This document shows positions 62,235 through 64,000 of a stretch of DNA of 64,000 bases, piece by piece. The stretch is from NCBI GenBank assembly GCA_038209365.1, contig JBBQXS010000017.1, forward strand, positions 7,111-71,110, in the 5' to 3' direction. How positions within the stretch are numbered: the first letter of the stretch is position 1; every line of letters starts with the position of its first letter. This DNA comes from Acidimicrobiia bacterium (GTDB lineage: Bacteria > Actinomycetota > Acidimicrobiia > IMCC26256 > PALSA-610). Under the pieces are notes generated by a model. It made no database searches and was not told the origin of the DNA. It saw only the letters and a program-made list of their open reading frames with translations. The translations under genes were made by a program, and so were the position numbers.

Positions 62235-63506
62235 TCACCCTGCGGGCGGCGTGGGTGCGCCCTGCGCCGGTGCCGGCATCGGAACCGGCACGGAACGACC
62301 CTCGGGGGCAGGGACGGGCTTCGTGAACTCGACGGTGCGAGGATCGAGCGCGAGGAGCTCGATGTCGTAGGGCGAACCTGCGGCGACGCGGGCGCGGAAT
62401 CGGTAGGTCGGGACCAGGTCGATCAGGGTCCCGCCGTGGTCGTACGCGTCCCATCGCGCGATGCCGAGGGACACGGCGGTGATGTGCACCACAACGGGCG
62501 GAATCGTCGGCGACGAGCCGCTCGCCGGAGCTTCGGCGGCGCTCGCGCCTTCCAGCATGGGCTGGGGGCTCGCGTACCGCGCCCGACCGTGTTGGAGATC
62601 GTCGAACACGCCCGCGGTCGACCGCAACGGGTACGTTCCGACCGGCTCCGGTGACGCCCACTCGCCGGTCAGCGACTCGACACGCCGGTGCTCGCCGAGC
62701 GTGATCGACCACTCGACGCCCTGGACGCGCACGCCGTCGAGTACCAGATGGAACGTCACCGTACGGGCGAGCACGACGGGCGGGGCGGTGGGGCAGGACA
62801 CCTTCTCCGCACAGATGGATGAGGTGACGCCGCTGTCGGCGACCTCGGTCGACCACTGCGTGCCGGCGAGCACGCCCAACCGGTCGAGCAACGGGCGTGC
62901 GATCGCCTCGGCGTCCCGCGCACTCGGGACGTCGACCGGCGGCGCGATCGTCGGCGGCGCGGCCGGCGCCGTGGATACGGGCGGCGCCTTCGTCTCTGCC
63001 CCGCTCGCTCCGACCCCACCGGTGCCGGTACCGACCGAGCCGCCGCTCGATCCGGCCGAGCCGCCGGAAGATCCCTGCGCACCAGGCGAGTACGAAACCT
63101 GCACGGTGCCCGAGACCACGGCGAACCTGAGGGTCGCGTTGGCGCCCAGCACCTCGTAGCCGTCCGCCGTGCGCGAGGGGACGGCGTCGATGCCAAGCTC
63201 CTGTGCGAAGCGCTGCGCGTCGGCCGCGCTCACACGGTGCCCGGTCATGCGGCGCACCGGCGCGTCGTTCCCGAGGCCGGGGAGCGGGGCGTCGAGCACG
63301 TACCTCGTCGGCCGGGCCGGAAACGAAGAAGGCGCGCCGCCGAGCGCGGCGCGCCCTGCTTCCGGCGTGGCCAGCTGGAGCTTCAATCCCGCCGCTGTCG
63401 TCGTGGATGACGCCGACCGCGTGCGAGGTGCCGCCGAACCGCACGCGCCCGCCACCAACGCGACGCCCGCCACGAGCCAGATCTGGACGCTCCGTACGCC
63501 GGTCAC
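62235..63506 (-). CDS. lipoprotein of unknown function with a Gly/Ser- and Pro-rich linker
   Basis: Lipobox LVAGAC, low-complexity linker and two globular segments. Confidence 0.7.
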   Translation of the reverse strand: MTGVRSVQIWLVAGVALVAGACGSAAPRTRSASSTTTAAGLKLQLATPEAGRAALGGAPSSFPARPTRYVLDAPLPGLGNDAPVRRMTGHRVSAADAQRFAQELGIDAVPSRTADGYEVLGANATLRFAVVSGTVQVSYSPGAQGSSGGSAGSSGGSVGTGTGGVGASGAETKAPPVSTAPAAPPTIAPPVDVPSARDAEAIARPLLDRLGVLAGTQWSTEVADSGVTSSICAEKVSCPTAPPVVLARTVTFHLVLDGVRVQGVEWSITLGEHRRVESLTGEWASPEPVGTYPLRSTAGVFDDLQHGRARYASPQPMLEGASAAEAPASGSSPTIPPVVVHITAVSLGIARWDAYDHGGTLIDLVPTYRFRARVAAGSPYDIELLALDPRTVEFTKPVPAPEGRSVPVPMPAPAQGAPTPPAG

Positions 63507-63600
63507 GACTCCTCCAGATCCCCTCGCGGTTTGCCCATCATGTCTCCTCGTCGATCGACCATCGGACGGACGGAAGGCCCATCCGGTTCCCGCTGCCCGG

Positions 63601-64000
63601 TCAAAGCCCGATGAGCGACCACACGAGGAGCGCCTGGCCCAGGTGATACGTCACCATGATCGCCACCGGCGCGCTCCGAAAGGGTCGCACGAAGCGGCTC
63701 CAGGCGATCATCGTGTCCGAGGACGCGAACAGGACGGCCCCGGCGCCGGCGGCCACGTTTCCGGTCGCGAGCGCGCTCGCGACCATCGCCGAGATGACGG
63801 CGATGTAGGCCCCGACCGGTGCGCGCAGCGCAGGCTCGTCCTTCTGCAACGCGTCCAGGATCCGAGCCGCAAACGGCCGGACGCACAGCACCACGACGAC
63901 GACCGCGACGGCGAGCGCCCAGCCCGCGGGCGGGTCGGTCCAGAAGCCGGCGACATAGCAGAGGTGGGCGACGAGGAACGCGGCGAGCCCGGCGACGAAG
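63601..64000 (-). CDS. YhhN-family (lysoplasmalogenase-like) membrane protein, 5'-partial at window edge
   Basis: The frame stays open to the window end (FVAGLAAFLVAHLCYVAGF...). Multi-TM with FASSDTMIAW. Confidence 0.7.
   Translation of the reverse strand, partial: FVAGLAAFLVAHLCYVAGFWTDPPAGWALAVAVVVVVLCVRPFAARILDALQKDEPALRAPVGAYIAVISAMVASALATGNVAAGAGAVLFASSDTMIAWSRFVRPFRSAPVAIMVTYHLGQALLVWSLIGL

Overview
High-GC, actinobacterial-style chromosomal window: GC-rich third codon positions, many GTG starts and many 4-8 nt start/stop overlaps. It falls into three parts. (1) 1-18.7 kb is a tightly packed [NiFe]-hydrogenase locus. It holds adjacent small and large subunits (no Tat signal), two maturation-endopeptidase homologs, hypC-hypD-hypE-hypF, a NifU-like protein and a DUF1059-like metal-binding protein. 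It also holds a His-rich winged-helix protein plus PadR, two SIS-domain proteins (one degenerate and fused to a HypC-like domain), and a TPR protein coupled to a biotin/lipoate-ligase-like protein. Five small single-pass membrane proteins sit in two paralogous cassettes. There are four CooC/MinD-type P-loop ATPases, but no hypA or hypB in the window. The first CooC paralog carries an in-frame TGA exactly at its CxC metal motif, followed by a SECIS-like hairpin; this is the most interesting signal here. (2) 18.7-28.6 kb is a decayed accessory/mobile region. It contains an IS6-family remnant with an IS26-like inverted repeat and a nonsense codon, a 339-bp MITE-like element with 20-bp perfect IRs plus a solo third end, and frameshifted or truncated gene fragments. 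It also contains an orphan zinc-ribbon/FtsX-like membrane protein, an excisionase-like HTH, a recombinase-like protein lacking catalytic residues, a DDE-transposase-like protein, tRNA-Arg(CCT) and long non-coding gaps. (3) 28.6-64 kb is mostly core metabolism and envelope proteins. These include NUDIX, Gfo/Idh/MocA, aconitase flanked by a STAS/RsbW/PP2C partner-switching set, a ROK kinase and a CoA/lipid block (MaoC, two SDRs, acyl-CoA synthetase, two family III CoA-transferases). Also present are a TetR-coupled diiron oxygenase, threonine dehydratase, Leu/Val dehydrogenase and aldose epimerase. Several large secreted repeat proteins complete this part: a lactonase-propeller/Ig protein, a protein with about 15 Cys-pair repeats, and an S8 protease with a repeat tail. 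No rRNA and no CRISPR array were seen. All calls rest on reading the supplied translations and DNA by eye; no database search was run.
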